From NCBI GenBank assembly GCA_035705495.1, contig DASSWB010000026.1, forward strand, positions 13,206-77,205: a stretch of DNA of 64,000 bases, read 5' to 3'. The DNA is from Salinimicrobium sp. (GTDB taxonomy: Bacteria; Bacteroidota; Bacteroidia; Flavobacteriales; Flavobacteriaceae). The position numbers and the translations under genes were made by a program. The notes under the pieces were generated by a model that was not told the origin of the DNA, made no database searches, and worked only from the letters and a program-made list of their open reading frames with translations. This document shows, piece by piece, positions 1 to 9,395 of the stretch; within the stretch, counting starts at the first letter, position 1; every line of letters begins with the position of its first letter.

Positions 1-1
1 T

Positions 2-550
2 TGTGAACTGAACAATTCAAGCTTCGGAATCCCCGCGTATTTAAACGGTTCAATGGAATTTGGTACGGAAATGAAAATTATAAAAGTTGCAAAAATCTAT
101 GAAAGTGGTGCGGCCGATGTGATTTGTGAAGCTTCCAAGGTTTTTGAAATAAAAGAGTTTTATCTTCAGCAGACAGGAAAACCGTATGCCGGGGGAATTG
201 TTGAATACCTCGAAAATATCAATGATGGAAAATTTATTCAGCAAGAAAAATTACGTTCGCTCGTTCAGCAATTATATATCTTGCTTGGTGTACCACCCAT
301 AAATATACCTTCGGAAAAAATTTCGAGTTTTACTTTTCCACATAAAATCGGACTCTCGGTACAGCAAGAATATAACTTGTTGCGAATGACTTCTGAATCG
401 GAGCGATTGGATTATTTGATTTTACATTTGGAATTTGCCATTCCGCTGGTCAAGGAAATCAATAGAACTCAAGAAGTCATCGAGATGAACGGACATTTCA
501 AGAATTTTGATCCATTGGATTTTGGGGATTTTGTATGGGAGAAGAAATAG
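2..550 (+). CDS. Lon N-terminal (substrate-binding) domain-like protein, 5'-truncated by window edge
   Basis: The frame of tracked ORF 53..550 stays open back to nt 2 (CELNNSSFGIPAYLNGS-MEFGTEMKII...), so the gene starts upstream of the window. Size and sequence pattern recall stand-alone LON-N/PUA-like domain proteins. Family call is from memory only. Confidence 0.45.
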   Translation, partial: CELNNSSFGIPAYLNGSMEFGTEMKIIKVAKIYESGAADVICEASKVFEIKEFYLQQTGKPYAGGIVEYLENINDGKFIQQEKLRSLVQQLYILLGVPPINIPSEKISSFTFPHKIGLSVQQEYNLLRMTSESERLDYLILHLEFAIPLVKEINRTQEVIEMNGHFKNFDPLDFGDFVWEKK

Positions 551-601
551 AATAATGTTTCTTTTTTCCTTTGGACCCGATTCTTTTGAAGTGAAAAAAT
601 A

Positions 602-633
602 TTGGTAGAATCCTATTACATTTGTTACTTTTG
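602..633 (+). promoter_or_regulatory. candidate Bacteroidota-type promoter for sucC (-33 TTG at 602-604, -7 TACTTTTG at 626-633)
   Basis: The TAnnTTTG motif is seen directly, 21 nt after a TTG and about 34 nt upstream of the sucC ATG. A second TAnnTTTG (TACATTTG) lies at 617-624. Motif match only. Confidence 0.3.
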
Positions 634-666
634 TAATCCATAAAACTAATTTGAAGAATACCTGAT

Positions 667-1860
667 ATGAATTTACACGAATTTCAAGGAAAAGAAATAT
701 TAAACAGTTTTGGAGTGCGTATTCAGCGCGGTATTGTAGCTCAAAACCCTAAAGAGGCTGTAGAAGCTGCAAAAAAATTAACCGAGCAAACCGGAACTGG
801 ATGGCATGTTATTAAAGCCCAAGTTCATGCAGGTGGCCGCGGAAAAGGTGGTGGTGTGAAACTTGCCAAAAACCTTCAAGAAGTAGAAGATATTGCTGGA
901 CAAATCATCGGAATGAATTTAGTTACCCCGCAAACCAGTGCTGAAGGTAAAAAAGTTCATCAGGTGTTAATTGCTGAGGATGTATATTATCCCGGTGATA
1001 ACAAACCCGAAGAATATTACATGTCAGTTCTTTTAAACCGCGGTATTGGTAGAAATATGATCATGTATTCTACGGAAGGCGGAATGGATATTGAAACCGT
1101 GGCCGAAGAAACTCCACATTTAATTTTTACCGAAGAAATTGATCCTGCAGTAGGATTACTTCCTTTCCAAGCAAGAAGAATTGCTTTCAATCTTGGTTTA
1201 AGCGGAAACGCATTTAAGGAAATGACAAAATTCGTGACGGCACTTTATAAAGCTTACATGGCTTCTGATGCTTCTCTTTTTGAAATCAATCCGGTTTTGA
1301 AAACAAGTGATGACAAAATCATGGCGGTTGATGCGAAGGTTTCTTTAGATGACAATGCACTTTTTCGCCATAAGGATTATGCGGAAATGAGAGATATTCG
1401 TGAAGAAAGCCCAGTGGAAGTGGAAGCACGTGAAGTTGGTCTTAATTATGTGGATCTTGATGGAAATGTTGGTTGTATGGTGAACGGTGCCGGACTTGCG
1501 ATGGCAACGATGGATTTGATCAAACAAGCCGGTGGGGAACCTGCAAATTTCCTTGATGTTGGAGGAACGGCTGATGCAAAAAGAGTAGAAGAGGCTTTCC
1601 GTTTGATCTTGAAAGATGAAAATGTAAAAGCTATCTTGGTAAATATTTTCGGTGGAATTGTTCGTTGTGACCGAGTGGCCCAAGGAATTGTAGATGCATA
1701 CAAAAATATGGGAGATACTATTAAAGTTCCTATTATTGTACGTCTTCAAGGAACAAACGCCGATATTGCAAAAGAATTGATTGACAACAGCGGATTAGAT
1801 GTTCAGAGCGCTATTGAATTCCAAGAAGCAGCAGATAAAGTGCAAGCTGTACTTGCATAA
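667..1860 (+). CDS. sucC: succinate--CoA ligase (ADP-forming) beta subunit
   Basis: 397 aa. N-terminus MNLHEFQGKEIL, then HAGGRGKGGGVK and GCMVNGAGLAMATMD, the classic SucC ATP-grasp and CoA-ligase motifs. Confidence 0.95.
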   Translation: MNLHEFQGKEILNSFGVRIQRGIVAQNPKEAVEAAKKLTEQTGTGWHVIKAQVHAGGRGKGGGVKLAKNLQEVEDIAGQIIGMNLVTPQTSAEGKKVHQVLIAEDVYYPGDNKPEEYYMSVLLNRGIGRNMIMYSTEGGMDIETVAEETPHLIFTEEIDPAVGLLPFQARRIAFNLGLSGNAFKEMTKFVTALYKAYMASDASLFEINPVLKTSDDKIMAVDAKVSLDDNALFRHKDYAEMRDIREESPVEVEAREVGLNYVDLDGNVGCMVNGAGLAMATMDLIKQAGGEPANFLDVGGTADAKRVEEAFRLILKDENVKAILVNIFGGIVRCDRVAQGIVDAYKNMGDTIKVPIIVRLQGTNADIAKELIDNSGLDVQSAIEFQEAADKVQAVLA

Positions 1861-1881
1861 AAGTAGTAGCCCTCACCCCCG

Positions 1882-1900
1882 CCTCTCCCCAAGGGAGAGG
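1882..1900. terminator. GC-rich hairpin 1 (CCTCTCCC-CAA-GGGAGAGG) in the convergent sucC/cysH spacer
   Basis: Perfect 8-bp stem read directly, 22 nt after the sucC stop. No clean T-tail follows immediately (AGCTAACCAAAATTTTT). Confidence 0.4.
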
Positions 1901-1943
1901 AGCTAACCAAAATTTTTAGTAAATAAAACTATCCTTTAGAGTT

Positions 1944-1962
1944 CCCTTCCCTTCGGGAAGGG
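1944..1962. terminator. GC-rich hairpin 2 (CCCTTCCC-TTC-GGGAAGGG) in the convergent sucC/cysH spacer
   Basis: Perfect 8-bp stem read directly, about 20 nt beyond the cysH stop on the minus strand. Same pyrimidine-arm/purine-arm design as hairpin 1. Confidence 0.4.
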
Positions 1963-1980
1963 TTAGGGATGGGCTCCTTT

Positions 1981-2670
1981 TCACAAATGCAGTCCACATT
2001 CAGTTTTTGGGTTGTTGTTCCATCTGCCATTTCTGTCTTCTCCTGGAACAGTACAATGCGTGCAGCCTATTGAATTATAGCCTTTGGCAACTAACGGATG
2101 AAAGGGAAGATTGTGTTTGGCAATATACGTGTCCCGTTCTTCTTTGCTAACATCCAGCAATGGATAAAACTTTAAAATATTTCCTCTTTTTTCAAAAATA
2201 TCCAGACTGGATCTGTGATCGCTTTGCCAGCTCATTAATCCAGAAACCCAAAGCGTATAATTTTTTTTCAGTAAGTCCAAAGGCTTTACTTTGTTTATGC
2301 TGCAACAGAAATCCGGATTTTTTCTCCAAGTTTCATCTTGGGTCGTAAAATCGTGTTCTTCTTTTATCGCACTCACCGAAATCACCTCCAAATTATATAA
2401 ATCGGTTAATTTTTCCTTGTATTTCAGGGTTTCATCAAAGTGATAACCCGTGTCAATAAAAAAGACTTTCTGGGATTTGTTATGATCTGAAATTAATTTG
2501 AGTAAAAAAGCTGAAGTTGCCGCAAACGAACTTGTCAGCATGATTTCTTCAACATCAAAATCTTTGTAAATTTCTTTTATGCGCTGCGTTACAGTTAACG
2601 AGCGATACTTTTTATTCAATTCAGATATTTCTTCTTCAGAAATAATCCTTTTTTCAAACGCTAAATTCAT
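1981..2670 (-). CDS. cysH: phosphoadenylyl-sulfate / adenylyl-sulfate reductase (thioredoxin-dependent, PAPS-reductase family)
   Basis: 229 aa ending in the family-typical ECGLH(L). A CC pair (FCCSINKVKPL) plus CTHC suggests the Fe-S (APS-reductase-like) subtype. Confidence 0.85.
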   Translation of the reverse strand: MNLAFEKRIISEEEISELNKKYRSLTVTQRIKEIYKDFDVEEIMLTSSFAATSAFLLKLISDHNKSQKVFFIDTGYHFDETLKYKEKLTDLYNLEVISVSAIKEEHDFTTQDETWRKNPDFCCSINKVKPLDLLKKNYTLWVSGLMSWQSDHRSSLDIFEKRGNILKFYPLLDVSKEERDTYIAKHNLPFHPLVAKGYNSIGCTHCTVPGEDRNGRWNNNPKTECGLHL

Positions 2671-2933
2671 TGTTTTTTAGGAAGGGGAGGTTTGTTTTCT
2701 TTTTTGGGCGGCATGGGTCCGCGTAAATGAATAATAAGGCCATTGAGGAAATTCCGCAGTATTTGGTCTCCGCATTCCATATATTTGGGATGATCTTCAC
2801 TTCTAAAAAATGCGCCCAACTCGGCCTTGGTCACTTTAAAATCGACTAAAGCACAAATTTTCACAATATCGTCATCACGTAATTTATGTGCGACCCTTAA
2901 TTTTTTAAAAATATCATTGTTTGATAATGCCAT
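2667..2933 (-). CDS. DUF1456 (YehS-like) single-repeat protein
   Basis: 88 aa. The pattern NDIFKKLRVAHKLRDDDIVKI...ECGDQILRNFLNGLIIHLRG matches my memory of the YehS/DUF1456 repeat. Its stop overlaps the cysH start by 4 nt, suggesting translational coupling. Confidence 0.5.
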   Translation of the reverse strand: MALSNNDIFKKLRVAHKLRDDDIVKICALVDFKVTKAELGAFFRSEDHPKYMECGDQILRNFLNGLIIHLRGPMPPKKENKPPLPKKQ

Positions 2934-2952
2934 GGATTCAATTTTACCTGGA

Positions 2953-5052
2953 TTAATAGAGATCTTTTATTTTTTGTAATTTCTCTTTCCACATTTCGAG
3001 TTGTTCTTTTTGTTTCTCAATATTCTTGTGAACTTCCCGTACCAATGGATTATCAGAATTGGCATTACTGAAAAATTGAAGGTTGTTTTCCAGTTGTCTG
3101 ATTTCTGCCTGGGTTTCTTCTACTTTCTTAGATAAGAAATAATGTTCGTTTTTTAATTTTGAAACATCGTCAGCATCATTTAATATTTGGATTTTGTTGT
3201 CAAATTTCAACATCTCCGCTTCAGATTTTTTCAAATCCAGTTGACCAAATAAATGATCTATCGCTTTGTTGAATTTTCCTTCAATAAATCGCACTTTGTG
3301 ATTCACGTTTCCAATTTCTTTCCAACGTGCAATAAACGATTTTATGATTGCAAGTTTGGCTTCGTGATCTCCAGATAATTCGGTGTTTTTCACCTCATCC
3401 AGAAGTGCTTTTTTCTGTTCAAAAGCTTGTCCTTCTTCTTTGTTTTCTTCATTTCTTTCAGCATGTAATCTGTCAAAGAAATGATTACAAGCTGCTTTGA
3501 ACCTTTTCCAAATTTTGTCGCTGTCTTTTCTGGGAACATGGCCAATTTTCTTCCAATCGTCCTGAATTTTTTTCATGACCGCAACGGTGGCCTTCATGTC
3601 TTCATTGTCCTTGTTCTCTTCAGCAATTTTCACCAGTTCCAACTTCTTCTCTAAATTGTCGAACTGCTCTTTCTTGAGATTTTTGTAATAAGCATTTTTA
3701 TTTCTGTTGAATTGCCTCACCGTTTTTTTGAAGTCGGTCCAGATTTCATCTGTGGCTTCTCTTGGTACTTTTCCCGCGTTAAAAAACTCGGTTCTTAAAG
3801 CTTCTACATTTTTTATTTGTTGCTGTAACTGCTGATGTGATTGTCCTTGAATGTCAACAACTTCATTGAGTTTCTGAATAATTTCTTTCTTTTTCTCTAG
3901 GTTTTTTTCACGTTCCTGATCGAGTTGTTTGAAATATTCTTGGCGTTTATCGTGGATTTTTTTTGTCGCTTCACTGAAACGCTCCCAAAGTTCATCCCGA
4001 TACTCTTTCGCAACTGGACCCAAATCTTCCTTCCACATTTTGTGCAGCATTTGAAGCTCCCGGAACGCTCTATTGGTATCTTCCTCTTGCGCCAATTCGT
4101 CAGCGCGGTCTATTATTTTTAATTTTTGCTCAAGATTATGTTTGAAGTCCAAATCCCTGAACTCTCTGTTCAAGTGAAGAAAATCATAAAAATTCTCAAC
4201 ATGATGGTGGTAATTGTTCCAAACATTATTGTATTTATCACGCGGAATTGCTCCTGCTGCCTTCCAGCGCTCCTGAAGTTCTTTAAAGTGTTTGTAGGTT
4301 GTATTGATGTTTTCCTCAACATCTATCAAACCTTTCAATTCCTCAATGATCTGCAATCGTTTTTTTAGATTTTCTTCAAGGTTCTGTTTGAGGTTTTGAT
4401 AGTATTTATTCCTTTTCTCCTTGTAATCAAAATATACATCGCTGTATCTTTTTTTCAGGGGAGTGGAATAATGGAAATCGATAATGTTTCCTCCTTCAGC
4501 AAGAAATTCTTCTTTTTTCTCTTCAAAATCTTCCTCAAACTTGTTGTTGAATTCCGTTTTTATTTCTTCAACATGATCGCGAATTGCCTGAATTTTATAA
4601 TTTTTCACCAGATGCTCCAATTCATTTACAAGTTGTTCCTGAGTCATTTTTTCATACTCTTTCACAGGAATTCCGTGTTTTTCATTGGTGGTTTCATCTT
4701 CACTTTCTTCCGCAACCGCATCGTCCATTTCACCTTGTGCATCTTTTTTCTTGGTAGATGCATCCTCTTTCCCTTCAGTGTTGGCAGCGACAAGAGTCTC
4801 TTCGGTTCGGATTTCTGATTTTTCAGCTGATGCTTCAGATTCTTCAACCATGGCATCTTCTATACTGTTCTGTTTTTTTTCGTCCGAATTTTCTGTGGCT
4901 TGTTCCTGAAGTTGATCGTTCGTGGTTTCCTCTTCCAAAGGTTTCTCCACAATATTTTCTGCAGGTTGGTTCCCTGCATTTATTTTTTCTTCGGAATTGA
5001 TTTGATCAGGAGAAAGTTGCTTTGGTTGCTCTTTTTCGGACATTTTTTTCAA
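2953..5052 (-). CDS. DUF349 repeat protein with acidic N-terminal region
   Basis: 699 aa with at least 5 repeats of the W-x-x-x-G-x-(V/I)P-x(5-6)-(I/L)W-x-(R/D/N)F pattern (ERWKAAGAIPRDKYNNVWNNY, DDWKKIGHVPRKDSDKIWKRF, etc.). Confidence 0.8.
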   Translation of the reverse strand: MKKMSEKEQPKQLSPDQINSEEKINAGNQPAENIVEKPLEEETTNDQLQEQATENSDEKKQNSIEDAMVEESEASAEKSEIRTEETLVAANTEGKEDASTKKKDAQGEMDDAVAEESEDETTNEKHGIPVKEYEKMTQEQLVNELEHLVKNYKIQAIRDHVEEIKTEFNNKFEEDFEEKKEEFLAEGGNIIDFHYSTPLKKRYSDVYFDYKEKRNKYYQNLKQNLEENLKKRLQIIEELKGLIDVEENINTTYKHFKELQERWKAAGAIPRDKYNNVWNNYHHHVENFYDFLHLNREFRDLDFKHNLEQKLKIIDRADELAQEEDTNRAFRELQMLHKMWKEDLGPVAKEYRDELWERFSEATKKIHDKRQEYFKQLDQEREKNLEKKKEIIQKLNEVVDIQGQSHQQLQQQIKNVEALRTEFFNAGKVPREATDEIWTDFKKTVRQFNRNKNAYYKNLKKEQFDNLEKKLELVKIAEENKDNEDMKATVAVMKKIQDDWKKIGHVPRKDSDKIWKRFKAACNHFFDRLHAERNEENKEEGQAFEQKKALLDEVKNTELSGDHEAKLAIIKSFIARWKEIGNVNHKVRFIEGKFNKAIDHLFGQLDLKKSEAEMLKFDNKIQILNDADDVSKLKNEHYFLSKKVEETQAEIRQLENNLQFFSNANSDNPLVREVHKNIEKQKEQLEMWKEKLQKIKDLY

Positions 5053-5144
5053 TGTTAGGTTCGTCTAGATTATAATCTCGAAAGATAGTAACTCCGTTAA
5101 AATCTGCCAAATGATTGCAATGCTTTAAAACGAAATAAATAGGT

Positions 5145-5897
5145 TTACAAGGTATTCCAAATCTTCCAAGCTTCTTCGGCCTGAATTTGAAGCATTTTAT
5201 AACCGTTTGAAGTGGTGGCACCATTTGCTTCTGCCAGTTTCATCAATTTGGTTTTTTCTGGATTGTAAATCAAATCGAAAACCAGATTTTTTGAAGTTAA
5301 AAAATCGGTTGGAAAGGGTGGTAATTGATCGATTTCAGGGAAAGTGCCTAAAGGAGTACAGTTGATTATGACGCTAAATTCCTGTACGATGGCTCGGGTT
5401 ATATTTTCATAATTCAAAAAACCGATTTCATTTTTTCTGGAAACAAATCGGTAAGTGATACCCAATTTTTCCAAGGCGTAAGCAATTGCTTTTGATGCGC
5501 CTCCAGTTCCTAAAATAAGTGCTTTTTTGTGGTGGGGAAGAAGTTGAGGTTTGATCGCTTCTAAAAAACCAATAAAATCGGTATTGAACCCAATATATTT
5601 GTCGTTTTTAAGTTTAATAGTGTTCACGGCACCTATGTTTTCGGCATCTGGAGTCAATTCATCCAAAAATTTTATAATTTTTTCTTTGTACGGAATCGTG
5701 ACATTCAGACCTGAAATTTCTTGTTTTTTTATTTCTGAAAAATCCGAAATATCAGTGAGGTCAAAGTTTTGATAAGTTGCAAAAATTCCTAACGCTTCAA
5801 ATTTTTTTTCGAAATAGGTTTTGGAAAAGGAATAGGATATATTTTTTCCAATCAAACCGAATTTACGCGGATTTTCCCTTTGAAATTCTTTTTTCAT
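5145..5897 (-). CDS. aroE: shikimate dehydrogenase
   Basis: 250 aa. FGLIGKNISYSFSK N-terminal substrate motif and GTGGASKAIAYAL Rossmann motif. Confidence 0.85.
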   Translation of the reverse strand: MKKEFQRENPRKFGLIGKNISYSFSKTYFEKKFEALGIFATYQNFDLTDISDFSEIKKQEISGLNVTIPYKEKIIKFLDELTPDAENIGAVNTIKLKNDKYIGFNTDFIGFLEAIKPQLLPHHKKALILGTGGASKAIAYALEKLGITYRFVSRKNEIGFLNYENITRAIVQEFSVIINCTPLGTFPEIDQLPPFPTDFLTSKNLVFDLIYNPEKTKLMKLAEANGATTSNGYKMLQIQAEEAWKIWNTL

Positions 5898-6888
5898 ATC
5901 GTTCCAAAGCTAAAACAATTAAAATCCCGACGAAAATAAAAAATACGGCGATCCAAGTTTCTTTACTGTGGACATCAGGCCAATAACGTACATAACTTTC
6001 AATAATTTTTTCACCGGACGAATTCAAGATTTCGTTTCCGGTTTCATCTCTTCGGAACAGTTTGTGCTTCCAAGGCCATACCACGCCAAGTGAACCGGTA
6101 ATAAAACCAATAATGCTTGCGTATGTAGCCGTTTTAAAATGTTTCAGCAAATATCCCAGAAGATGTGACAAGGTGACTAAACCGACTAATGATCCGAGGG
6201 TGAAAACAATCAAAACTTGTAAAAGACGAATTCGAGTTTCATCATAGATAAAAGAGAAATCCCCTTGAAAAATATCCACAATTGTCAGGTATAGGGAATT
6301 CACGGAATCTACCAGTAGCAGCACATAATTTCCCAACAACATAATAATGAATGATCCTGAAAGTCCAGGCAAAGTCTGACCTGAAACTCCTATAATTCCG
6401 CAGAGGAAAACAAACCACAAATTATCGTTTTCATTGGCGGGATCAAAAAAGCTGATGCTGATACCCGCGATAAAACCTAATAGAATCAATCCGATATTCC
6501 GCTTGGTCCAATCGTCAAAATCTTGGCCTACGTAGTATATAGAGCCGAGAATCATTCCGAAGAAAGCCGACCAAACATAGAGTTCATGTTGTTGTAAAAG
6601 GTAATCCAAAAGCAGAGAAACGCTGAAATAGCTGATTACCATACCCAGAATCAGCAGCGTCAAAAACCTTCCGTTTATATATAAATAAAATGATTTGAAC
6701 CTTCCGTTGATCAGGAACTTGAAAGCTTTGGAATTGACTCTTTGAAGCGAATAAATAAATTCTTCATAAAAACCGGCCACGAAAGCGACCATTCCGCCGG
6801 AAACACCTGGAACTTTATTGGCTGCACCCATTCCAATCCCTTTCAGGATCAAGAATATCTTATCGCTAAAAGTTCTGGAGGCTTGCAT
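5863..6888 (-). CDS. DUF368 family integral membrane protein (paralogue B)
   Basis: 341 aa, polytopic. GMGAANKVPGVSGGMVAFVAGFYEE and a second PGLSGSFIIMLLG motif. Its 3' end overlaps the aroE start by 35 nt. Confidence 0.8.
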   Translation of the reverse strand: MQASRTFSDKIFLILKGIGMGAANKVPGVSGGMVAFVAGFYEEFIYSLQRVNSKAFKFLINGRFKSFYLYINGRFLTLLILGMVISYFSVSLLLDYLLQQHELYVWSAFFGMILGSIYYVGQDFDDWTKRNIGLILLGFIAGISISFFDPANENDNLWFVFLCGIIGVSGQTLPGLSGSFIIMLLGNYVLLLVDSVNSLYLTIVDIFQGDFSFIYDETRIRLLQVLIVFTLGSLVGLVTLSHLLGYLLKHFKTATYASIIGFITGSLGVVWPWKHKLFRRDETGNEILNSSGEKIIESYVRYWPDVHSKETWIAVFFIFVGILIVLALERYEKRISKGKSA

Positions 6889-7860
6889 TTATATTTTTCC
6901 TTTCTTTCTTACAGCGTATTTTTCTAAAAGGAAAATAGTCAAGAAACCAACAACACCAAATATAATAGCCGTTATGATCTGCGGATCTCCGGAAAAATTG
7001 TTTGGTAGAACACTTTTCTCCAATATTGGTACAATTTCGTTATGCGAGTTTGTGTATGTTGAAACCACTTCTTTCCAAGGCCAAATTTTATTCAAGGAAC
7101 CAATCATAAATCCTGTGAGAAGAGCAAGTGTCAAATTCTTGTAATTGTCAAACATCCAGGTTAAGACCTTGGAAAATAATTTAATACCTAAAATAGCACC
7201 AACAGCGAAAACTGCTAACTTGGAAACGGCCGATACGACCAAATCCCAATTTAAAGAAAAAACACCGGAACTTAAATCATTGATGCTTCCAATAACCGAA
7301 TGGTAAGATCCCATTAGAAGGAGGATAAACGAACCTGAAATCCCCGGTAATATCATAGCGATAATAGCAATGAAACCTGAAAAAAACAAAAACCAATAAC
7401 TATCTGGCGAAGCTATGGCCTCGGCAATGGTAATATAATAAGAAACCGCCACGCTCAATAATGTGCAAATGATGCTAACGAGGTTCCATTTTTCGATTTG
7501 ATTAAAAATATAAACGATACTCGCAATGACAAGTCCGAAGAAGAAAGACCAAATCGCAATGGGTTCATTGGTCAATAAATAGGTAATTACCTTTGCAAAG
7601 GACAAAATACTTATTCCAATACCAAGCAATAATGAGAACAAAAAATTGAGGTTGTATTCTTTCCAAGCTTTCTTTAATCCCTCACGTTTTGCGACCACAA
7701 AAAATTTGAAATCGAGTTTGTCAATTGTATTGATCAGTTCCTCATAAATACCGGAAATAAAGGCTATTGTTCCGCCCGAAACTCCTGGAACCACATCAGC
7801 GGCTCCCATGGCCATTCCTTTTAATGTTGTTTTAGCATAATCTGCAAAAGAGCGTTGCAT
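6889..7860 (-). CDS. DUF368 family integral membrane protein (paralogue A)
   Basis: 323 aa. GMAMGAADVVPGVSGGTIAFISGIYEE and PGISGSFILLLMG. Abuts paralogue B with zero spacer. Confidence 0.8.
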   Translation of the reverse strand: MQRSFADYAKTTLKGMAMGAADVVPGVSGGTIAFISGIYEELINTIDKLDFKFFVVAKREGLKKAWKEYNLNFLFSLLLGIGISILSFAKVITYLLTNEPIAIWSFFFGLVIASIVYIFNQIEKWNLVSIICTLLSVAVSYYITIAEAIASPDSYWFLFFSGFIAIIAMILPGISGSFILLLMGSYHSVIGSINDLSSGVFSLNWDLVVSAVSKLAVFAVGAILGIKLFSKVLTWMFDNYKNLTLALLTGFMIGSLNKIWPWKEVVSTYTNSHNEIVPILEKSVLPNNFSGDPQIITAIIFGVVGFLTIFLLEKYAVRKKGKI

Positions 7861-7896
7861 TTTTCTCGATTTTAGAAAGCTAAAGTAATTAAAATG

Positions 7897-9294
7897 CTAT
7901 GATTGCTGCTTATATGCGGAGATAATTTTTTGGATAGGTTCTTGGTCAAATACGCTGGGGAAAAGTTCTTCGATAATGATATAGTATTCAACATCAATTT
8001 TCAATGCATTTTTCAAATGGAAAAAACCTTTCTCGTTTTGCTCCAAATAAAAGAAAAGCCCTGCCAATCGATATTCTATTTCTGCGGTTTCAGGATAAAA
8101 TTCATAGGCATGAAACAGGTTTTGAATTGCTGTTTCAAATTCCCCTAGGTTGATGAGGATATCGCAACGTTTAATCCATGTTTCGAGTTCGTAGTTACCC
8201 AGATCCAAGCTTTTTTTGTAGCCTTTTTCAGCCTCTTTTAGGAAATACAGTTTATTGTTGATTTTCGCATAACGCTTCCAATACAAAACATTGTCTTCAT
8301 CAATACTAATTGCTTTATTGATGTAAAAAAGTGCCTTTTGATAATCCATTTTTTTGTAATAAAAATCGGTTATCGCAATCCATCCTTTATCCAGTAAGGG
8401 ATCTTCATGCACGGTTTTGCTGTAATTTTCCAAAGCGAGATCGTGCAAACCCAATTTTTCATAACATTTACCTATTCGGAGGTAAGCGAAAGAAGTGGGG
8501 TCATCCAATTCCAAAGTGATGTTGTAATTTTCAATCGCTTCATTATAACGCTTCAGTTTTTCGAGAACTTTCCCTTTTTCAAGGTAGGCTCCAAGAAAGT
8601 ACTCGTCGCTTATAATGGCAAAATCAAAAGATCTTAAAGCTTTTTCATATTGTTTTAAATCGAAATATTGTTTGCCTAGTTGATGCCAAGCTACTTCACA
8701 ATATGGGTTTTTGTCCAGAAATTCGTTTAGGAAATCGATTGCTTCGCCAGATTGTTCTAAAAAATCAAAACAATACATGATGTTGTAAAGCGCAGAATAA
8801 TCTTCTTCATCTGCTTCCAAACATTTTATAAAGTTGTTTTTGGCATTTTCATAATCTTCCAGAAACAAAAATTCCATGCCCATCAATGAGTAAACATCGG
8901 CCTCATCTACAGTCATTTCCAAAGCCAACTTAAGCATTTTTATTGCTTCTTTGTGCTTGTCTTTTTTAGAGAGAATGTTCGCTTTTTGTATATAAATTTC
9001 TTCGTTTGAGGATTCTAACTGATATAATTCGCCCAAAATTCCATCCGCCAAATCCAGTTTGTTTTCAAAAACAAGGATTTCGACCTTAAGTAATTTTAGA
9101 TTTGTTGAGGAGGGATGCTGTGCCAAACCCAATTTGACAGCTTTTTTTGCAAGTGCTATTTTTCCATTTTCCAAATAATGATGTACAATATTTTCAAATT
9201 CTTCAGAATCGAAAAATAATACATCATTTGTTTTTAGCATGGATTCGAAACGGACAAGGGAGAAATTATTTTCTTCGTTATGGCTTAATTGCAT
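7897..9294 (-). CDS. tetratricopeptide-repeat protein
   Basis: 465 aa, all-helical, with a recurring 34-aa A/Y/L TPR-like periodicity (e.g. AWHQLGKQYFDLKQYEKALRSFDFAI). Confidence 0.75.
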   Translation of the reverse strand: MQLSHNEENNFSLVRFESMLKTNDVLFFDSEEFENIVHHYLENGKIALAKKAVKLGLAQHPSSTNLKLLKVEILVFENKLDLADGILGELYQLESSNEEIYIQKANILSKKDKHKEAIKMLKLALEMTVDEADVYSLMGMEFLFLEDYENAKNNFIKCLEADEEDYSALYNIMYCFDFLEQSGEAIDFLNEFLDKNPYCEVAWHQLGKQYFDLKQYEKALRSFDFAIISDEYFLGAYLEKGKVLEKLKRYNEAIENYNITLELDDPTSFAYLRIGKCYEKLGLHDLALENYSKTVHEDPLLDKGWIAITDFYYKKMDYQKALFYINKAISIDEDNVLYWKRYAKINNKLYFLKEAEKGYKKSLDLGNYELETWIKRCDILINLGEFETAIQNLFHAYEFYPETAEIEYRLAGLFFYLEQNEKGFFHLKNALKIDVEYYIIIEELFPSVFDQEPIQKIISAYKQQS

Positions 9295-9395
9295 ACGTAA
9301 GGAGTTGCTGATTTCTACAGTATTAAATTTATAAATGATAACGCATGCGTCGGGTGAATATTTGAATTGTTGTTAACAAAGTAATCAACAAATTT

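Noticed and set aside
1345-1749. Antisense ORFs inside sucC (1345..1749, 1446..1703). Similar shadow ORFs lie inside other strong genes, e.g. 3925..4909 within DUF349, 30324..30857 within the GAF gene, 33687..34209 within the phosphoesterase gene, 58335..58733 and 61899..62276.
   Set aside because: They lie opposite or out of frame within genes that have unmistakable family motifs. Their translations are low-complexity or hydrophobic junk typical of AT-rich shadow frames.
9341-9350. 10-bp palindrome ACGCATGCGT, preceded by AATGATAAC, upstream of the TPR gene, as a possible Fur box.
   Set aside because: It is too short, and only a partial half-site resembles the Fur consensus. It is indistinguishable from chance.
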